NCBI RefSeq assembly: GCF_006345805.1
Contig: NC_043004.1
Location: 36,084,001-36,148,000, forward strand
Length of the DNA: 64,000 nt
Reading direction: 5' to 3'
Source of the DNA: Octopus sinensis
Taxonomy: Eukaryota
The notes beneath the pieces were generated by a model, which was not told where the DNA came from, ran no database searches, and was given only the letters and a program-made list of their open reading frames with translations. Shown one piece after another: positions 1 through 15,432 of the stretch. The translations under genes and the position numbers were made by a program. Position 1 is the stretch's first letter, and the number at the start of each line of letters is the position of its first letter.

Positions 1-1060
1 CTTTCTTTATTATCAAATATCATCAAGCAAGAGAGATTAATTACCTTCTAATTAGTTATAAACAAATGAACATCAAAGAAACAAAGTGCAGGATTTGATT
101 TGAATTGTGTCATCAATGAAAGAACACTTAAGTTTGAGAGTAAGGAATGAAAGAAAGTGCTGCATGTCTCTTTATAATATGTGCCAAAGGTGTTGTTGTT
201 ATTGTTGTTGTTGTTGTAGAGGTTCTCTCTGTGGTTTGTGTTCCTTGGGAGAGAGAGAGTAGTAGTAGGAATGAAAAGCAATTTGATTGGATGTTGACTC
301 AACTACATGAATTGATCTTATTCACTTAGACAAGGTCATGTGATTAACATTCTTAAATTCTTGATCCCAAGATAAACTAAAAGGGTCAAATAGTGTTAGT
401 AGGGGAAGAATAAAACAAGTGCAATTGAAAAGAGCAAAATGATGTTATGTTTAATATAAGGAGTTTAATGTGAAGAACTGTTGTTGTGTTTGCTGTTAAG
501 AACTATGAAGTATTTCAAGGGGAACGCTGTTTAATGGTTGTTAGGAAATAGTGTTTGATGTGACAAACTTATTATTCAGTGGGAAGCTGCACCATTTTGA
601 GTGAAGCTCTGTAAGTAATGGCTGATGTTAAATGGGATGAACAAATGAATTTTCATGGAGTAGATTAGTGAAGTGTTTGATGCGATGAACAGTGGAACAT
701 TTCAAGACACGAATTACCATAATTGTTCAGGCAAAACAATGTTTAATGTACAAAAAACAAAAACGATCACTTTTAATGTTTACTTAAAATGATAAAAAGA
801 TAAAATACTATAATTTACTTTTTAAGGTTACATATGGTAGTTCATTTGAAAAACGGTAAAATGATATCGTATCTAAAGTAGAGTACAACGGTGGGAAGAA
901 CTGTGTGATGCTTGTATGGAAGAGACAAGTAAAAATTGATGGCAAAAGTAATGCATATTTCTAATATGTGAGGTTTGAGGGTAAGTTTGGTGAAAACAAA
1001 GAATTTAGTGTAATGCCTGATACATAAAGTTCCCACGAAAGGCAGTGTAGTGTTTGATAA
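1..1060 (-). pseudogene. Highly decayed Penelope-like (RT/GIY-YIG) retroelement remnant
   Basis: Minus-strand translation near 880-1050 gives PFVG...VLYFRYDII, resembling the PLE RT motif LYFRYIDDI; KNLRML near 350-370 resembles the PLE linker YRRxKNLRDxL. Many stops and frameshifts. Confidence 0.4.
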
Positions 1061-2439
1061 GAATGGTTAAACCTTTTGGTACAGTATTTCTGTTAAAATA
1101 CACATTCTTTGTTTCAATTGCATATGTTTCGGCCCTTAACCCTTGATACTCTAGGGAATTCAGGCTATATCCAGACCATAACTCCTGGACATCCCTCTGC
1201 TGTCACATTTTGTGCTGCTCTTTGCATTGAAACCCTTTTAAGATGCCCAAGAGCCAAGGCTCCTTGGGTGTTGTAACTGGTTCAGTCTAAGACCCCAGTT
1301 GACTCTAGGGTAAATTACAACCATGGAATTCGCATTTTTATTCCATCTTGACCAGATCCAGATGGGACTTTTCTTTAACATGAAATTGTGATTGAAGGTC
1401 TTCATTGAACTCATTTTAAAACAGAAAGTTTGTATCACAGAACCAGAAGCAGTTTCAGGTGAGTTTATATCAAAAAGGATGGGTAAGGCTTGGTGAAATT
1501 CGCTAAAGTTGTGCAGTGTTTAATGTAAAAAATGTCTAATAAGAAAAAGCAGGCAGTGTAATGTTTGCTAGGTGGCGCTGCTGCAGAATGTTTAATGGGA
1601 AAAGAAGGCAGAGTAATATGAGACTCAGTAAGCAACAAAATATACTAGAGAAGAAATATTATCTCCAAACCACACATTTCTGCCATTGAATTTTGACAAC
1701 AATAGACATAAATTATATTTAATTTATTTCCTATTGCACAGGAGATATCACCTGGTGACTGAACATTGGTGAAGAGGAGGGGAGCTTGTTATTGATACTA
1801 TCATAAGAAATAGATACTTCACGATAAAATAAATATGATATTATTAAAAAAAAAAATGATGTAGAAAGAATATTTACTGATACAGAGAAATATGTTATAT
1901 ACGAAAAACAGCTTTAATTCAAATGTTAAATGTTATCATGGTGAGGAAGAACAGAATAATATAATTCTCAAATTTTTCCTTCCTTCCATTTTTATGGGGA
2001 TGGGAGGGGTAATTGCATATTTCTTTCTATTCTGGCAGTGACAAGATAAATATTCAAAGTTGCTCATAGACACATGTGTGAGTGTGTGTGCTTGTGTGTG
2101 CATGTGTGTTTGTATTTGTAGAAATGTATGTGTGTATAGGTGCTCGGCCTACTGGTAAAAGTGATGCACACGTGAGTATGAGTTCATGGTTTCAATTTCT
2201 TCTACACCACGTGATGCATTGCATTCTTAAGCGAAATACTTTATTTCACATTGCTTTGCAATCTTTTTCACATCTGATATGTGCCATACTGTACACTGAT
2301 ACAAATAATGTTGATTCGATGGAGAGAGAAACATTTGATCATTCGAAATAAATCATCTTTGCATCTGTGCGAGTCGTTCAGCAAAAATATGTGGCATCAT
2401 CATTCTCTGAGAGACCACCAAGAATATGTATGTGCCTTT

Positions 2440-2840
2440 ACACATATTCTTTTATTCTTTTACTTGTTTCAGTCATTTGATTGTAGCCACGCTGGAGCAC
2501 CACCTTTTAGTCAAGCAAATCGAACTCAGTACTTATTCTATTGGTCTCTTTTTGCCGAATTGCTAAGTTATGGGGACATAAACACACCAGCATCAGATGT
2601 CAAGTGATGTTGGGGGGGGGGGGACAACACAGACACAGAAACACACACACACACACATATATATATACATATATATGATGGGCATCTTTCAGTTTCCGTC
2701 TACTAAATCCACTCACAAAGCTTTGGTCAGCCCGAGGCTATAGCAGAAGACACTTGTTCAAGGTGCCATGGAGTGGGACTGAACCCAGAACCATGTGGAT
2801 GGTAAGCTAGCTACTTACCACAAAGCCACTTCCGTGCCTA
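2440..2840 (-). mobile_element. SINE family B copy
   Basis: Reverse complement of the family starting ggagtggctgtgtggtaagtagcttgc...ggttcagtcccactg...gatttggtagacggaaactgaaagaagcc seen at 51596; internal (CA)n/(TA)n. Confidence 0.8.
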
Positions 2841-3207
2841 TATATAACATTTAATGGACACATTATACAGGTAAGAGCTACCAACCATTTCTTGTTGCGA
2901 AGATATGTATCTAGGGCGGTTTGTGAAAGACTACATGGAGATACATGGCATGCCATGTAAATCTGCCAATTTAATATATTTTAAAGCATGAAACTATTTG
3001 TAGCTCCTTTGTAGTTGTGTACATTAAATGATATTTATCCCTCACTGGATGGAGCACTTTTTTTTTTGTTGATCCTACCTACAATGGAACTGTAAACTAT
3101 ACATATGTATGTGTGTGTGTATGTGTGTGTGTATAAGTATGTGTTATATATGTCTGTATGTGTATGTGTGTGTGTGTGAATGTAAATATATATATATAAC
3201 ATACATG

Positions 3208-3436
3208 TTTCTTTATTACCCACAAGGGGCTAAACACAGAGGGGACAAACAAGGACAGACAAACAGATTAAGTCAATTACATCGACTCCAGTACATAACT
3301 GGTACTTAATTTATCGACCCAGAAAGGATGAAAGGCAAAGTCAACCTCGGCGGAATTTGAACTCAGAATGTAGCGACAGGCGAAATACCGCGAAGCACTT
3401 TGCCCAGCGTGCTAACGTTTCTGCCAGCTCGCCGCC
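3208..3436 (-). mobile_element. SINE family A copy
   Basis: Reverse complement of ggcggcgagctggcagaaacgttagcacg...gagttcaaattccgccgaggt...ccccttgtgggtaataaagaaa; same family at 17312 and 35238. Confidence 0.85.
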
Positions 3437-3477
3437 TTTATATATATAACATATATATAAGTCTCCTAGAAATAATA

Positions 3478-3850
3478 TGCGAAACTCAACCACATGGTTC
3501 TAGGTTCAGTCCCACTGTGTGACACCTTGGGCAAGTGTCACCTAATATGGCCTCAGGTTGACCAGAGCCTTGTGAGTGGATTTGGTAGACGAAAACTGAA
3601 AGAAGCCTATCTTACATGTGTGTGTGTGTATGAGTGTGTGTGTTTGTATTCTGTTTGTCCACCACTGTCACTTGACAACTGGTGTTTGTGCGTTTATATC
3701 CCCATGACTGAGTGGTCTGACAAAAGGAGACTGATAGAATAAGTATCAGGCTTAACAGAAAATAAGTACTGGGTCAATTTATTTGACCAAAAATTCTTCA
3801 AGGCAGTGCCCCAGCATGGCCACAATCTAATTACTGAAACAAGTAAAAGG
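3478..3850 (+). mobile_element. SINE family B copy
   Basis: caaccacatggttctaggttcagtcccactgtgtgacaccttgggcaagtgtc...actgaaacaagtaaaag, ending in (TA)n. Confidence 0.8.
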
Positions 3851-3949
3851 TATATATATATATATATATTATATATATATATTTCATTTTGGGATTTGGT
3901 TTGCAAGATTCTTTTATGTGAGTTTGTGTGTTGAAGCATATTTTGTTGT

Positions 3950-4016
3950 CTATATATATATATAAATGTGTGTGTGTGTGTGTCTGGGGAGAGTCATTCT
4001 CCCCTCTCTCTCTCTG

Positions 4017-4088
<72 letters not shown>

Positions 4089-4093
4089 TAGAG

Positions 4094-4168
<75 letters not shown>

Positions 4169-4170
4169 CA
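3950..4170. repeat. Compound microsatellite (TA)n-(TG)n-(TC)n-(TA)n-(GA)n-(GATA)n
   Basis: Read directly from the sequence; source of the spurious IYLS/IY ORFs. Confidence 0.95.
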
Positions 4171-5179
4171 TTGTTGCTGCAAGCGAAAGTACTTCAGGAA
4201 ATGATTGATAGACAGTGCTAAAATGTTTCTTGTAATCCTTATTTTAACATTTGTACTTTATGTTAGGATTAAACTAGATTATACTTACTCCATGTGTTGT
4301 TCTCAATGCAGATTATTACCTACGAGGGAATTCTATTTCTATGATTATATCAGCCATACATTAACGCATCAAAGAAGATCTAATGCTACCTTCACAACAT
4401 TTTGTTTTTCACAATATTTACTTATATACATGAAGGGCTTACATTTGTAAAACTGTCAGGTGGATTGTTGTGAGTCTTGAGATTTATCTGCCCTTGCTAA
4501 GATGAAGCTGTTTTCAATGGCCATTTGCTAATTGCAATACATCCTCTGGAGGTCAAGATGAAAAGCACAGGTATCTCCTGTCTTTTTCTTTGTTTATATT
4601 CTCACCACTGGCCAGTCTGAGTTATTTCTTTTGGTTCATATTTTGTTTATTTTCTTTAAACCATAAGTTTCCTACTCAGATGAGTTACAGATAAGTATAG
4701 GTTAAAAAAATAAAATATGTTGCATTGTACAATATTCAAAGGTGTAATACTGTAATGTTGATGGATATGAAAACCCTGAACAACAAACTAATTTAAATAT
4801 AAAGGCCACTGAAATAAATAGGTTTGTCGAATCAGCCAATGAGCTTACTGAAACATTTCCCTTCTCATGAAAGCCTTTTGGTCAGTTTGGAAACATGTCA
4901 TACCTCTCCTCCTGATGGTCTAAGAATCCATCCAAACTCATGAACTACATAAATTTTGCCAACACAGGTTACCACTGCTTGTCTTAGAGACTGTTTCCTT
5001 ACATCATACATCCATCGTTTATATGTCCTGTCCTTTGGCTAAGTCATATGGAGACACAATTTTCCATCCATCTTCATAGCCTACTATATCTGGGAGGGTC
5101 ATGGCATTGAGTCCATAGGAACTTCTCCCATAGGGTCCTATCAGAAAGAACCAACATTATACTTTTCCTGCTAGATTGC

Positions 5180-5440
5180 CATTTATGGCCAACTGAGACT
5201 GTGGATATTATTCAACCATCTTATTGCGGATCTGCCCCTGAGTCTCCTGCCAGTTGGCTGTTTGAAGAATCTGTCTTGGGATTCATTCCTGTGGCATCCT
5301 AATCTCATGTCCATAGTACTGGTACCGTAACCTCTCAATGCAGAGTGGCAGCTACTTGAAGCTTATATTCAAAAAGCTATTTGAAGCTTATATTCACAAT
5401 CATACTTTTTCAACCAGTAGCCAACATTTATAACTATAGG
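5180..5440 (-). mobile_element. RTE-type LINE 3' fragment
   Basis: Minus strand, with frameshifts: RLRY..YGHEIRMPQE..PTGRRLRGRSAIRWLNNI, matching the RTE C-terminal W/YxGHxxRM...GxRxRGRPxxRW motif. Confidence 0.65.
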
Positions 5441-5919
5441 GTATGACAGGCATGGAAACCAAATTGAAGGTAGCAAGTTTGGTTTTTTTTAACAATCTCT
5501 CCATTACTGATGACCAAATACTTAAACTGGTGTGTTACTGTGACAGCATTAATTGTAATGTTAGCAAAAACAACTAAATATCAATGACAGCAAGAATATA
5601 AATTTGTCATGTTGGATAAGTTAATGGTGGAATCATGTAGAAGCATTAATGAAATTTAAATTGGAAACAGGAGTTTGAGCATTGGTGAAAGGTTTGAAAT
5701 GTCATGGAAGAAGTTCATTAAAAAGGAAACATTCGTCTATAACCTATCAATATACACTGGAAAAATTGATTATGGGACTGATTGACAATCTGGGGCTGGA
5801 TATCATATCAATGCATTTGAAAAATTTAATCCTACATCTCGTTACAGAATCAGACAGCCCACAAGACTAAATCTGTGTAAGGCGGCACCAAAGTATCTTA
5901 TTTGGAGATATACCACTAG

Positions 5920-6960
<1,041 letters not shown>

Positions 6961-8189
6961 GGTAGATAGATAGATAGATAGATATAGATATGTCAATTGA
7001 ATTTGGGTATTCAATTTGGCAATTTACTTTAGGAAGCTCATCTACTGGTATTGGCTAACAGATTTGATTATACAGTGAGACCAATGGTATCATTGAATAT
7101 ACATCTGTAAATCAGTAAATATCCATAGAGTATATATAAATATATAAACAAGTTGGAGTCTGGACAGCTCCATGTCAAACCATCCAACCCATAGACTGAG
7201 CAACATGCTTTATTGCATCATACAACAATTGTTTCATCACCACCTTACCATCAGATCATTGCCAAAACATTATTATACATTTATATGTTGGTATGCACAC
7301 ATGCATGCATGTATATCCATCTATCGATCCATCCATCTATCCATCTATCCATCTATCCATCTATCTATCTATCTATCTATCTAACTATCTATCTATCTAT
7401 CTATCTGTCTGTCTATCTGTCTATCTGTCTGTCTATCTTTGCTATGTACATAGTAAATGCATTTAAGGAGGAGGAGAGCAAAAGCAAGAAAAGAGAGGGA
7501 GTTGAAACAAATAATTTAAAAGTAAAATACAAAATAAAAGGTACAAACACTAACATAAACATAAGCATGTAAAAATGTAACGAAACTATAAGTGGCAAGA
7601 TGTGAAAATATTTGGAAGAAAATTTCAATAAAATGCAATGATGTTGTTGCTTAAACAGTGTGCATTTGTTATTTGAAAAGGCTTGGGGTTAATTGCTTAT
7701 GAGCTTTGATGGGTGGTTTGTTTTAGGAGGCCAATAATAAGCACTACATCCCAAATAAACATATGTTAGTATATGTGAGTTTATGTGTGGTGTGGTTCCT
7801 ATTTATTAAGATGCCCCAGAATACAACAAACTTGCTGTCCAACTGGAAAATAGTCAATGAGTTTTCTTTACTTAAGCAACTACTGCGCAAGAAACACAAA
7901 GTCAAAGAGATACAATGCCTACAGTGCTTTTTAAAGATGTACTAGTCTGACCCTTTATAAAACATTGCTTACAGTCAGATTTTGTCCTACTAAACATGAA
8001 GCAACAACAATCAATGGAAATGTAGAATGCAAGCTACCCCCACTGCTGAGTGCTAGCTTGACAAAAATCTTGATAGTATCACAGGCAGAAAGTTTAGGCA
8101 GCTTATGCCATTCAACATGGATGTTTAATTCTATGGCTCCTAACCATAAAGTGGGAGGTTCAATTTCATTTTAAGGCCTTTGAATCATC

Positions 8190-8665
8190 ATCATCATTAT
8201 CATCATCATCATCATCATCTTTTAATATCCGCTTTCCATGATAGCATGGGTTGGAGGATTTGACTGAGGTCTAGCGAACCAGATGGCTGCACCAGACTCC
8301 AATCTGATCTGAGAGAGTTTCTACAGCTGGATGCCCTTCCTAATGCCAACCACTCCAAGAGTATAGTGGGTGCTTTTTACATGCCACCGGCATGAGGGCC
8401 AGTTAGATGGTACTGGCAACCGCCATGCTCAAATGGTGCTTTTTATGTGTCACCTGCACAGGAGCCAGTCCAGCGGTACTGGCAACGACCTCACTCAAAT
8501 GTTTTTTCACGTGCCACCAGCACAAGTGCTAGTAAGGCGACACAGGTAACGATCATGCTCGAATGGTGTTTTTAATATGCCATCGGCACAGAGGCCAGCT
8601 TGCTCTGGCAACGATCTCACTCGTATGGGACTCTTAGCGCTCCACTAGCACAGATGCCAGTCAGA
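8190..8665 (-). mobile_element. 5'-truncated RTE 3'UTR (family C) with ~60-bp internal tandem repeats and (GAT)n tail
   Basis: catcatcatc...ccatgatagcatgggttgga...ctggatgcccttcctaatgccaaccactc; same family is attached to an RTE ORF end at 53318-54100. Other copies at 11197-11480, 49478-50110, 55347-55640, 57608-57870, and opposite orientation at 9520-9760 and 13990-14185. Confidence 0.8.
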
Positions 8666-9369
8666 GACAGAGCAACAAACTTTATGCTTGTATTGCCATA
8701 AAATGATGTCTGATAGAACATAATCAGAAGCCTATGTACCTTGAGTAGCCAAGGGTGTTAGCATTCGTTTCCTTATGCTGTTAAACGGATGTGAACCCTT
8801 CTAATCTATTTCAGCTTCAGCTCAAGTGTAGGAGTGACCTTGTCAAGGATTTCAAGCAACCATTTCAACAAAGGCAACCTCATATGGGAATAAGTAACAT
8901 TGACAAAATTGAGAATGCAGACATCCTTGAGAAGCTCAAGGTTATAAACAGCCAAGAACTTTAAAAATATGGCCTTCCTCAACTAACTGCTCAGAATCTA
9001 ATTATCTAGCAACAAATGCTTGCTCATAATAACAACAATTAACCTAAACTCACAGACGACTAGAAAGCAGTCTCCTCTATTAATTTTCATGGGGCACTGT
9101 GACAGAAACACACACACACACATGTGTGCACACATACACGCACATGTGCATGCACATACACACATACACATATGTACTCATATACAAACATACATATATC
9201 TGTATATGTTTGTGAAGTGGTTGGTGTTAGGAAGAGCATCCAGCCTGAGGAAGCATGGCAAAGCAGATGCTAGAGGTTGGTACAGACATTCAGCTCATCA
9301 GTTCCTTGACTAACTGTCCAACCCAAAACAAACTTTAAATGATAATGATGATGATGATGATGATGTGTT

Positions 9370-9407
<38 letters not shown>

Positions 9408-10645
9408 TGAAAGAAAGAGACAAGCTTCTTTCAGTTTCCATCTGCTAAATTCTTTCACAAGGTTTTGCTGTAACCAAGGCTTTCGGTGATATACCATGCT
9501 TGAGAAGACTTGTCAAGCCAAGTAAGATTGTAGTCATGACCGATGCTGGTGTTACATAACTGGCATCCATGCCAGTGGAACATAAAAAGCACCCGCTACA
9601 CTCTTGAAGTGGTTGGCATTAGGAAGGGCATCCAGCCATAGAAACTTTGTCAAATCAGATTGGAACCTGGTGTAGCCCCTTGGCTTACCAGTTTTCAGTC
9701 AAACTGTCAACCCATGTCAGCATAGAAAACGGACGTTAAATGATGATGATGATGATGAGAGCTATAGTAGAAGACTCTTGTCCATACTAGCACTAAACTA
9801 AAACCATGTGCTTGGAGAGCAAACAGCTTAATCCCACAACCATCCCTGCACCTTGTTAGAAAATCCTTTTCAGCATTAGAGACTGAGAAATCAATGATTT
9901 TTCTCTGGTCTGAGACAGAAAAGATACATATTTAGATGTTGTACACTGCCATATGGGTACTGGTATGGAATATAACATCTAGTAAATCATTTTTCCCCAT
10001 GTAGGTTACACTATTATTTGGTGCGTAAAAGGGTCCAGGGTGGCAATAATTAACTTCATAATCTTCAGTCTGTTTTAACGCAAGCTCCTGTGTTTAATAT
10101 ACCCTGAAAGCCAGTTTATAGCCTTTGCACTTTATTGCATGTAATGCAATAAAGCACACTTTATATGCACTTTATTGCATTGTACATGTGTACTTATTGT
10201 ATGAAGGTCTATAAAAGAAGATGGATGGTATCTCCAGGCATAAATGATCCAGACAGTTAAACTAGAAATTAAGATGGCCTAATAAAATTTTACAAGACAA
10301 AAGTGGATGAGGTTGGGAAGGACTGAGTTAGATGAGGAGAGGTCAACAAATGTATGGTGAGAGCTGAAACAAGAAGTAGGGAGGAAAGAGAAAATGTCTC
10401 TACAATTTATAAGAAATAGCCAATAGCTGATTTCCATCAGATGCAGTAAAGGAAAGTGGTGTTAGTGACCAGGTTGGAGTGAAAGACCTTCATAGTATTT
10501 ATTGAAATAATGGAACATAAATAAATATAGCTTTATATGTGTTTTAAATGAAGAATATGACTACCATGATGTGAATATTTTCACTTTCTTTTAATATAGG
10601 CTCTTAATTTAAATCATGTGTCACATGAATACAATTAATATATAT

Positions 10646-10682
<37 letters not shown>

Positions 10683-11606
10683 GTCACTCTTGACTACTAT
10701 TGGTAACATGCAACCCAATAGAACCTGTCACATGATCAGGTCATCAGCAACCAAACCAGCAACCCTACAAAGTCTGCTTTGCATGTAGGGTGGTTTTTGG
10801 ACACCCTACAGGATGAAAAACAAGACCTATCAAAGGGCCGATGAACTCAGGAGAGTCATTGACCATCTAATTTAAACCAACAGCAGTGAGGGATCCCTTG
10901 GTGTTGTTGTCACTCATCCTTCTAAGGAGGGACACTTAGATGTAACTTGCAATTTCACATGATTACTAGTCACCTTGCTTTGGCCTGTCATGAGGTACTA
11001 ATCACAGAGACTAAGAGAATGGTACTCATTTTGTACAAGTGTTTATCACTATAATCTAATGATGTTCAGACATCTCTTTTTGATGACTTCATTTGTCATT
11101 CCATCAACTGAAAGGGCCGACACAGGTAGACTTAACTAGTTGAAAGCACACAGCCATGGAGATATGCAGTAGGACCGAATAGTCACCTGAGAGGTTATCA
11201 TCATCATCATCATTGTTTAACATCCGCTTTCCATGATAGCATGGGTTGGACGATTTGACTGAGCACTGGCGAACCAGATGGCTGCACCAGACTCCAATCT
11301 GATCTGGCAGAGTTTCTACAGCTGGATGCCCTTCCTAACGCCAACCACTCTGAGAGTGTAGTGGGTGCTTTTAAGTGCCACTGGCATAAGGGCCAGTCAG
11401 GCGGTACTAGCAATGGCCATGCTCAAATGGTGCTTTTTATGTGCCACCTGCACAGGTCTCAGTCCAGCGGCACTGGCAACAACCTTATGGATGAAAAGTC
11501 AGTAATGCCATTGCCAAAGTGGAGCCAAAAGGAGATAGTAATGTCTGTGTAGATGGCGCACTCGCCAAATACATACATATATATATAATATTTATATAAT
11601 ACATAC

Positions 11607-11660
<54 letters not shown>

Positions 11661-11817
11661 GTATATATATGTATATATATAATGTGTGTGTGTGTGTGTG
11701 TACAGGTGAGTAAATGGAAGTAGAATTCAACTAATATAGTCATTGTTGAATTGAGTAACAAGTTACCTTATCACCTCATGTTACATAAGATTTTGTGAAA
11801 TTACATATATATACATA

Positions 11818-12024
11818 CAGGGTGGTTGAAAAAGTCTTGTTACCCCCTACTGAAATGTAATTCAAACAAAAATGATGGTGTTCATACAGACCTTCCTGGT
11901 GTGTGACGGTGTCAGTGTGAATGGAAGTGAATATACTAAGACCAGGACATGTGCTTTGTATTATTATATTGTTCCTCTATTGTTCTTATTATTTTTTGGT
12001 AGGGAGTGACAAGACTTTCGGACC

Positions 12025-12030
<6 letters not shown>
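11818..12030. mobile_element. Tc1/mariner-type MITE (~210 bp)
   Basis: ~33-bp imperfect TIRs cagggtggttgaaaaagtcttgttaccccctac / gtagggagtgacaagactttcggaccacccta, flanked by TA. Confidence 0.75.
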
Positions 12031-12064
<34 letters not shown>

Positions 12065-12467
12065 TATATATATATGCTTATGAATTTTTGTTGCAAGATT
12101 CCTGATGTGAAGTTGTGTATTGAAACAGATATTGTATTGGTTTTTTGCCGAATTAACACATGCACTGTATATTCATTCTTCACTTGTTTATTACTGTTCT
12201 TCATCTAACTTGTGTCCATTGACTGGAAATCTTTCTTCAAACATCTGTGACCTCCTTAGAGACACTTTCCGTCTTCGTGTGTGCTTTTGATCTGCTTATT
12301 TCGTTCTCTCTCTATATATGTATGTATATGTATAAAAGTGAGAGAAATACGTTGAATAAAATCATAACTGATCCTCCTGTGTTTTCGTTTACCCTAAGTC
12401 AAGAACGTTTCAGCACCTACTCATGTATACACACACCACACACACACACACACTCTCTCTCTCTCTC

Positions 12468-12665
12468 TTTCGGAGAGGCACTGAGCAGCTATATGCACAC
12501 ATACACACATGGCAGTAACTTCCACCTACCGAATTCAATCACAAAGCTCCGGTCAGCTCGGGGCTATAGTGGAAGACACCTACCCAAAGTGCCACGCAGT
12601 GGAACTGAACCCGAAACCATGTAGCTAGGAAGCAAACTCCCTAACCACACAGCCATGCCCGCGCC
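12468..12665 (-). mobile_element. SINE family B copy
   Basis: Reverse complement of ggcatggctgtgtggttagggagtttgcttcc...ggttcagttccactgcgtggc. Confidence 0.75.
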
Positions 12666-12721
12666 TACCCATATATATATAATAATAATAATATGAGGGA
12701 ATATTATTCCAAACTTACAGG

Positions 12722-12770
12722 GAAAAATTTAATTTAGAAATGCTAAATCAAATTTCACAAAATATAATAT

Positions 12771-12805
<35 letters not shown>

Positions 12806-12952
12806 AATATATATATAAATTAGAAAAAAACACCTTTTATCAATTCAAAATGAAAAATTAAATTACACCTTAATTTTTCATTTTGAATTGATAAAAGGTA
12901 GTTTTTTTCTAATTTATATTTTGAATTGATAAAAGGTAGTTTTTTTCTAATG

Positions 12953-12992
<40 letters not shown>

Positions 12993-13178
12993 TATATAAA
13001 TTAGAAAAAAACTACCTTTTATCAATTCAAAATGAAAAATTAAGGTGTAATTTAATTTTTCATTTTGAATTAATAAATGGTTTTTTTTTTCTAATTTATA
13101 TATATATATTTATATATATATAATATATATATTTTATTTTGAGAAATTTGATTTAGCATTTCTAAATTGAATTTTTCC
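12722..13178. repeat. Nested AT-rich palindrome centred on a (TA)n tract
   Basis: Outer arms 12722-12775 and 13131-13178; inner ~100-bp hairpins 12815-12918 and 12995-13100 are reverse complements of each other (spacers attacacc / ggtgtaat). Confidence 0.85.
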
Positions 13179-14199
13179 GGCACCATCACCATCATTTAAT
13201 GCTTGGTATGTGTTGGCGAGCTCAAAAGCATGTGACTAGCCTGAGGGTGGGGGTGTTGGCTTCCACTCTCTACTCTTTGACAAGGTTCCTACAGTTGGAT
13301 GCTCTCCCTAATGCCAGCCTGTTTACAATGTGCATAATGTGTCTAGTAAAATGAGCTCCCAGAAAAACCTGCACCCACTCACCTCAGTTCTGGAAGTGTT
13401 ATGTATATCATAACACTGTATGTATATCCTCCCCCTTCCACCCACATGTTACTGTGAGCAACCCCTATGAGTTAATTCCTATCATGCACTATGTCTGCCT
13501 CTCTCACCCCCTACTCCAGTAGACCGCTCAACACTGTCACTTCTCTCTTTCTTTTGTCCTCTCTCTCCCTCTTATCTTCCCCTGTGACCCTTAACATCCT
13601 ACTAAATCCCCTCTGACCCACTCCTTTCTGCATCCTCTTATCTTTTGCAGCTCATGACTTATCTGTCATCTGCCCTTCGACACAACCCAGGTTTTACAGT
13701 TATTGTCTACCTCCTCATCCCCTCCCCTCCTATTTCCCATACACCTTTGCACCAACCCATTTCTACTCCCTTCTACCTCATCCTCTCTCTCTCTCGCTCT
13801 CTCTCTCTCTTCAATTCCTACTGATTATTTCTCTTTTCTGTCTCTCCCTGCCCTTCTCCTACCAAATGTGAGTAGCCATGCAGATCCTCTACAAGAACCC
13901 GATCCGCACCCTTTCCTCATACTTTAACCCTTTTTCCCCTAACATAAAGCAAACCGTAACCTCACATGGGGTTTCTATGCTTGTGAGCAACATAGTTACC
14001 CCACTTGCACTGGTGGCATGAAAAATGTACCCAATACACACTGCAAAGTGGGTGGTTTTAGGAAGGGCTGGATGCCCTTCCTAAACCATGTAAAAGGAGG
14101 CACTGGACACATTGGATTCTGTCAAGCTGTCAACCCATGCCAGCATGGAACATCAGTATTAAATGAAGATGATGATGATGATGATATATTCATATATGT

Positions 14200-14512
14200 A
14201 TTATATCACCGTCACCATGACCGACCAGGCTATCAGATGTTGCTACACATCGCTGGTCACAATGCGCTTTGCATTGTCTTAGCCTTCAAATGATGCCACC
14301 CCGCTGGCTAAGCAAGCAGGCCAATAGAAGAAAGAGTGAGAGAAAGTTATGGCAAAAGAGTACAGCAGGTATCGACACCACCCTCTGCCGGAGCCTCATG
14401 GAGCTTTAGGCGTTTTCGCTCACTAAACACTCACAACGCCTGGTCTGGGAATCGAAACCACGATCCTACGACTGCGAGTCCGCTGCCCTAACCACTGGGC
14501 CATTGCACCGCC
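14200..14512 (-). mobile_element. tRNA-derived SINE (family D)
   Basis: Minus-strand head ggcggtgcaatggcccagtggttagggcagcggactcgc...ggtttcgattcccagacc carries Pol III A and B boxes and is followed by a non-tRNA body; second copy at ~56843-57010 (+). Confidence 0.8.
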
Positions 14513-15113
14513 ATATATATGTATATATATATATTATATTATTATTTCTTTCTGCCTGACAACACAAAGCCATGCATTGACAAATTGTTAAAGTTAAAAG
14601 ACAGCCAGGCTTCAAGAAACTCTTGTATATCATCTACCGATGCTTCTTCTTGCTATGACTACCTTCCTATCACTTTATTTAACTAATGAACATGTTTCTA
14701 GCCTTGAGGAAAATTGTCTGGGAAATATTTTTTCCTTATTAGTTTCCTCCTCCAGACACTCTAGCAAATGACTACCCCCCAAGAAAACATTATTTCTAAC
14801 TAGGAGTCTTGTTTCTACGCAGCTGACAGCATTATCCATCTTTATAACAATTTTACATATGAATATGAGAGAGAACCACATCCACACGCCTGCCTCTATA
14901 TTAATATTCGGTAAATGTAGATTAATATTCTATTTACCTTTACAATTTGATTATATAAAGAGCATAAATTTACAACATATTAGTATATTTCTAACTTTTG
15001 AAAAAAATGTATTATATACTTCTCCTCCCTCTTCCACCCTCTCTATATAAATATATATATATATATATTTATGTATGTATGTATCTATATATATATATGT
15101 GTGTGTTTGCATG

Positions 15114-15156
<43 letters not shown>

Positions 15157-15397
15157 TGTGTGTGTGTGTGAGTACCATGGTGTTTTAATGGTACTATAAT
15201 AAATATTTTACCTTTAAGACTGCGGACATATGTGCGTATAAATACATGTACACAGTGTTTGTGAGTATATTTATATATGTTTACACACACACACACCCAC
15301 ACAAGCACACTTACATACTTTCTACAGTTATAAGTATACTATTTTATCGTAAATCTTTATTTATTATACACCAAATGTACACATTTGTCAGCTCATG

Positions 15398-15432
<35 letters not shown>

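Noticed and set aside
14430-14512. tRNA-like sequences (also ~56843-56910 and the SINE A/B heads)
   Set aside because: A and B boxes are present but each continues into a SINE body with multiple dispersed copies; not tRNA genes.
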